A stretch of 64,000 nt of DNA. It comes from Mytilus californianus (lineage: Eukaryota). The notes under the pieces are model-generated. The model had not been told where the DNA came from. It made no database searches and saw nothing but the letters and a program-made list of their open reading frames with translations. Each line of letters opens with the position of its first letter. Position 1 is the stretch's first letter. Below are positions 59,467-64,000 of the stretch, piece by piece. The stretch lies in contig NW_026262701.1 of assembly GCF_021869535.1 (NCBI RefSeq), forward strand, positions 37,634,001 to 37,698,000, in the 5' to 3' direction. The position numbers and the translations under genes are program-made.

Positions 59467-59894
59467 TAATATATCCTTAAAAATGTTGTAGCGGTAAGCA
59501 GCATGTCTTCTTTTTTACTGTTCTAAATTTGAGGAGAGGCATGTTGTCTAACGTTTAAGATAAGTAAGAAGAAAAATCAAATAAAAGAAACAAACTTTGA
59601 TCTTTTAAAACTATTTTTTTGGTAAATGTTACATATTTGCATTGTTTATTGTTTATTCGTGTTATTTAGTAGCAATCAGTTTGTTTGGATCTTATACAAA
59701 TAAATTATCTCACTAGAATATCTTTATTTATATCTTATACAAGTCAGTCCAAAATAGTCAGTCTTAGTATACTATGAAACCACCTCTTCAGACAAATGAA
59801 CCAACATTTACACGTCTTGTCACGACCTAGTTACACTACCATACAGTTTTATATGCCAGTGATCATGATGCCAGCAGTCACGTTTTAGGAGCCA

Positions 59895-60316
59895 ATGATT
59901 ATTGAACAAATATATCATGTTAAGGAGGGGTATTTGCGAAAAATACCAGTCTTGAGAATGTTAAATTTCGAGAGCCGTAAGGCGAGGGAAATTCATTCTC
60001 AAGACTGGTATTTTTCGCAAATACCCCTCAAGAACATGCTATATCTGTTTAATTACACCGAATGTTAACGTACAAAACGCATTGATGATCGTGACATAAA
60101 ACGCATTGATGATCGTGACATTACAAGCGTCCAGTCGGATAGAGTATTTTTTGGCAAATACCACGGCAGAGAGGGTAAAAAAGGCATATCCTTTTTGCAT
60201 ATACCCCGGCGCTGTTTAAAAATGAACGATATTCATTTGATAAAAGTAAATTGGTGAAAAATACACTGGCTATCAACCAATCAAAACCCAGGATTCTTAC
60301 ATAAGGTGTAATTATA
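59895..60316. mobile_element. Non-autonomous element containing a perfect 36-bp inverted repeat
   Basis: 59925-59960 is the exact reverse complement of 59994-60029, around a 33-nt centre with GCCGTAAGGC. Weaker pairing extends outward. Ends ATAAGGTGTAATTAT. Confidence 0.75.
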
Positions 60317-61189
60317 ATAGATACCAAGTGATTCGTGAAGTGAAGATTGACAAACAAACCTGTCTACAATACTATAGTACATGTATAAACGACGTTACGG
60401 GTATTTGATCACATTGTATTGAAATTACAAACGTATGTAGTACACACTTGTAAACCTTATCAAGAAATGTCGTCGCGTATTTTACATATTTTGAAAGTAC
60501 AAATGTGTACCGGGTATAGATTAGTTCGTCTGACGAGATTTGGTAACGTAAAATGTAGCAGACATATTCAGTTCTGTCACAATTGCAGGTTTATAAAATT
60601 ACCCAGTTTAGGTTATTGAGGGTAAATGATGAGGGTTGCGACTTTATAAAACGACAAAAAAACGTCTTCTGTTGTTCTGTTTAAAGATAAAAAAAAAATA
60701 ACTGCGCGAGCTTTAATAAAACAAGTTAACGAAGTTGATTGAAAAGGTATTGACTTTTCTATTTATAAACCAGGGATATTTAGTACAATAGTCCCAGTAT
60801 AAACTAATCAATAAATGCTTCTGATTATTACTTGTCATATAAGTTCAAAGCAGATTAACAGACATAATCAACGGAAGAAATTATAAAATATGAAAAAAAG
60901 TATAAGATATGCCTTAGTAAGTACATACCCGCCATTGTGATTGTGTCAGCTATCATCATAAGTTACGGGTAGGTAAATGCAGGTTTAATGTCACGGCCTA
61001 GATTTTAAAATGAAATACGCCATGATACAATATTATTGATTTATTCCAATGTTTCTCGTGTTGTTTCCATTCTATTCGTGTTGATTTCAATCTAAACGAC
61101 CACAGGTAAAAAGTGCAATCAACCATGTAAATAAATAAATTTATTTTTTAAAAATAGTTTAAATCCGGGTAGAATAAGTATTATAACAC

Positions 61190-61720
61190 AGCGTCACACT
61201 CGAAGGCTTTACACATTAATTTGTTCAAAGGGGTCATGAAACCAGTGTCAAGTTATACAGAAATTTTCATCTTGGTCATGTAAGCGTCTTAACTGGTAAA
61301 TTTAGACCGAAATGAGTACCCCCCCCCCCCCACCTATTCGAGAAAAAAAGAAAAGCTTGAATTACAAAAGCATATCTTAATATTATAAGTCTTCATGATC
61401 TGCATCCAGTTATTGATAAGTATAAACGGCGTCACAACCGACAAAAAAGATTTAAGACTGTATACAAGCACAGGCTTTACACATTTATACAGTGGTATTG
61501 AAAACTAATGTCATGCTATTCAGCGATTCTCATCCTGGTTCTAAAAGGGTCTTCAGTTGCAAATTTAGACTAAAATGAGTGACCCCCCCCCTTCCCCCAA
61601 TTTTTCGAGAAAGAAGAAAATCTTAAATTATAGAGGTATATAATCTTAAAATCTAATTTATTAGTCTTTATGATCTGCATCCATGCAGTATATATAATAG
61701 CTTTCAACACGATTTTGACT
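61190..61720. repeat. Diverged direct duplication, period about 265 bp
   Basis: GGCTTTACACATT, AAATTTAGAC..AAATGAGT..(C)n and ATGATCTGCATCCA each occur twice about 263-268 bp apart. Confidence 0.7.
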
Positions 61721-63485
61721 ATCAGTACTTTTAAAACCGTATTTAATCCAAACAAAAACCATTATATTGTGCGGTACAAAAAAGTTATCGATATAAATGA
61801 TATATACAAAGAGAATGTCCATAGCCGATGAGACAACTACTCAAACTTAATATTCAGATTCAGCTACACAACATTATAACAAAAAAGTATCTCAACACAC
61901 AGAGCTTAAATCGAGGGCGATATCCTTACACACTAAGCATATAAGCTACCTACAAAAATATGAGGGGTGACACTGGGTGCTCATTTCCCAAATTGCGTTT
62001 TTTTGTAATGTTTTCCCCCACTTCCCCCTTTTTTAAACCCCTGATATCCAGCATCCCTACTTTTTTACCCCCTATATCACACATACCCATTTATTTTACA
62101 TCCTATATCCCGCATTCCCACTTTTTTACCGCCTATATTCCACATCTCAAAAGCATGTTAAACAGCTCATATATACTGATGGATTTAAACATTCAAATAG
62201 TGGCAAAAGTATATTTGCGTATGTAATACTGTAACAGTCAAATATTACACATAAAGGCAACCACCCTTGGGCAGAAAAAACTGACCTTTTGAAAGAAGTG
62301 ACCTTTAATTGAGGTTCAAAATGAATAAATATTACTACAGAAGAGGACGACCCCTTCTGTGGCCTGTCAATTACGAAATTTTCAAACTGCAGTAGTATCA
62401 AAACAGCAAATATAATGAATAAAAGAGATGGACCATTTTGTACATATGTCAAGGGGAAACTTCGTGTAAAGCATTATTATTTAGAGTTTAATTGCATTTA
62501 GTAGAAAAAGAGAATTTGTTGAAAATAAAACCAAGATTTTTGTAGAAAATCCACAGGCTTTAATACAGAATTTTGTTATAAAATTTTAAACATAGATTAC
62601 TCACTTGTTTTTTCTATAATCAGCTAGCGTTTATTGTTTACAAAAAGTTCTAAACAACCTTTAAATTCCAAAACACCTCGTGCTGGGTCAATAAAGTCGA
62701 GCGCACCCTAAAAGGTGTACTTGAATTGGTCCATATTTATATTTGTTTTAACCAATATCTGAATTTATAAACTTATTTTAAAGGAATTATTGCTAGCACT
62801 GCATGCAATAATCCTGTATCTATCAAGCATCTAATTGTCAAATATGAGAGTACAAGCGGAAAGGCTGTGGATTTTCTATAAAATTTCCTTATGTTTAGCA
62901 TTGAATCAACACAAGGGTACATAATCCTTAATAGAGGTGGCCTTTAACGCAGGTTTGACTAAGACTGATAAATCTGTCTCACGATAGTAGGTATCAAACC
63001 AGGGGACAGCACTCGTCAGTCTAATGTTTGACTGTACCTGAATTCAAAATTAAAAGAAGGATATAGATTAGAAAATTACTTTTCATTTTTTATATGTGAA
63101 CTTATTTTCGCTTAACTATAGATACAATATGTCCTACCTATAAACGTTGTTATATTTGTTGATTCATTATCCGAATTATGCAGGCAATACAGGGACCTTT
63201 ACCAAAGGTCAAAAACGTAATAATAAATTCATCATGGAAACCAGAATATCATTATCATTTTGAATATATTTTATAGTATAACACGATACTATAATCAGGT
63301 ACAGTCCAACTTAGAGCATTGAGTTGTTGCGCAGGACGTTAATACTCCCAACTAACTTAAAATGAGTTAGCAGACATACAAGCAAACATGCTGTTTATAG
63401 AACACATAGATTTAGATGCGATCCGTGAAAAATTATTACAGGGAAAAAGTGATGTTTAGAAATTTTAATAATATACAACTTCATC

Positions 63486-63759
63486 CATTTTTGCGCCTGT
63501 CCCAAGTCAGGAGACTCTGGCCTTTGTTAGTCTTGTATGTTTTTTAATTTTAGTTCATTTATATGTTTTGGAGTTTAGTGTGACGTCCATTTTCACTGAA
63601 CTAGCACACAATTTTATTTAGGGGCCAGCTGAGGACCACCTCCGGGTGCGGGATTTTCTCGCTGCATTGAAGACCCATTGGTGGCCTTCGGCTGTTGTCT
63701 GCTCTTTGGTCGGGTTGTTGTCTCTTTGACACATTCCCCATTTCCATTCTCAATTTTAT
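63486..63759 (+). mobile_element. Dispersed repeat family B, well-preserved 3' part
   Basis: CCTGTCCCAAGTCAGGA at 63496-63512, ends TTCCCCATTTCCATTCTCAATTTTAT. Reverse complement of 22863-23135. Confidence 0.9.
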
Positions 63760-64000
63760 CACTTCAAAATGCGAAAGCCAGTCTAATCATACTCGACAAC
63801 TTCAAAAAGAAGCAATTATTGCTATTTTATGAAGTTTGGCCTGAGGACTTTGATCTGATTAATCTATCTATACTACTAAAATAACGAGGTCCAATTTGTT
63901 AGCCGGCATGACGTAAAAACGACGAATCAAAGAATTCAACTTTATATATAACTAATATGGGACAATGGTGTTGCTTTGAAACTAGTAACACCATTCCAGG

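Noticed and set aside
62147-62452. 101-aa minus-strand ORF with a hydrophobic N-terminal stretch
   Set aside because: TTG start, no in-frame ATG, weak acceptor and no recognisable motif. A nearby donor at 62604 does not produce a coding join.
1-64000. Prokaryotic, viral or organellar origin; rRNA or tRNA genes
   Set aside because: Coding density is low, genes are split by GT-AG introns, repeats are metazoan, and no cloverleaf or rRNA-like sequence was recognised.

Overview
AT-rich eukaryotic DNA with spliced genes. The repeat families and gene content point to a bivalve mollusc, most likely Mytilus (inference; no search run). Four protein-coding genes can be reconstructed by hand from GT-AG splice sites with consistent exon phases: (1) RBIS/C8orf59-like ribosome biogenesis factor, + strand, 3 coding exons, 13228-16073, 101 aa; (2) secreted ApeC-only apextrin-like protein, + strand, 5 exons, 28707-31584, 214 aa, 8 Cys and three DxED motifs; (3) uncharacterised type II membrane GT-A-like glycosyltransferase, + strand, 3 coding exons, 41109-46431, up to 454 aa; (4) GT11 alpha-1,2-fucosyltransferase, - strand, main exon 50841-51871, first coding exon unresolved. 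The rest is introns and repeats: two decayed Penelope-like retroelements lacking a C-terminal endonuclease, an RT fragment of a second Penelope-like family, CR1/L2-type LINE fragments, three retrozyme-like copies with mutated type I hammerhead ribozymes, many short dispersed repeats sharing a CCTGT(C/A)CCAAGTCAGGA core, several TIR MITEs with readable target-site duplications, Helentron/HINE-like elements and several tandem arrays. The oddest unexplained signal is an intronic segment near 43.5-43.8 kb whose dinucleotide bias is the mirror image of normal DNA. No CRISPR array, rRNA or tRNA gene is supported, and I cannot demonstrate a new multi-gene system. Almost all short ORFs in the supplied track are spurious. 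All counts and alignments were done by hand.
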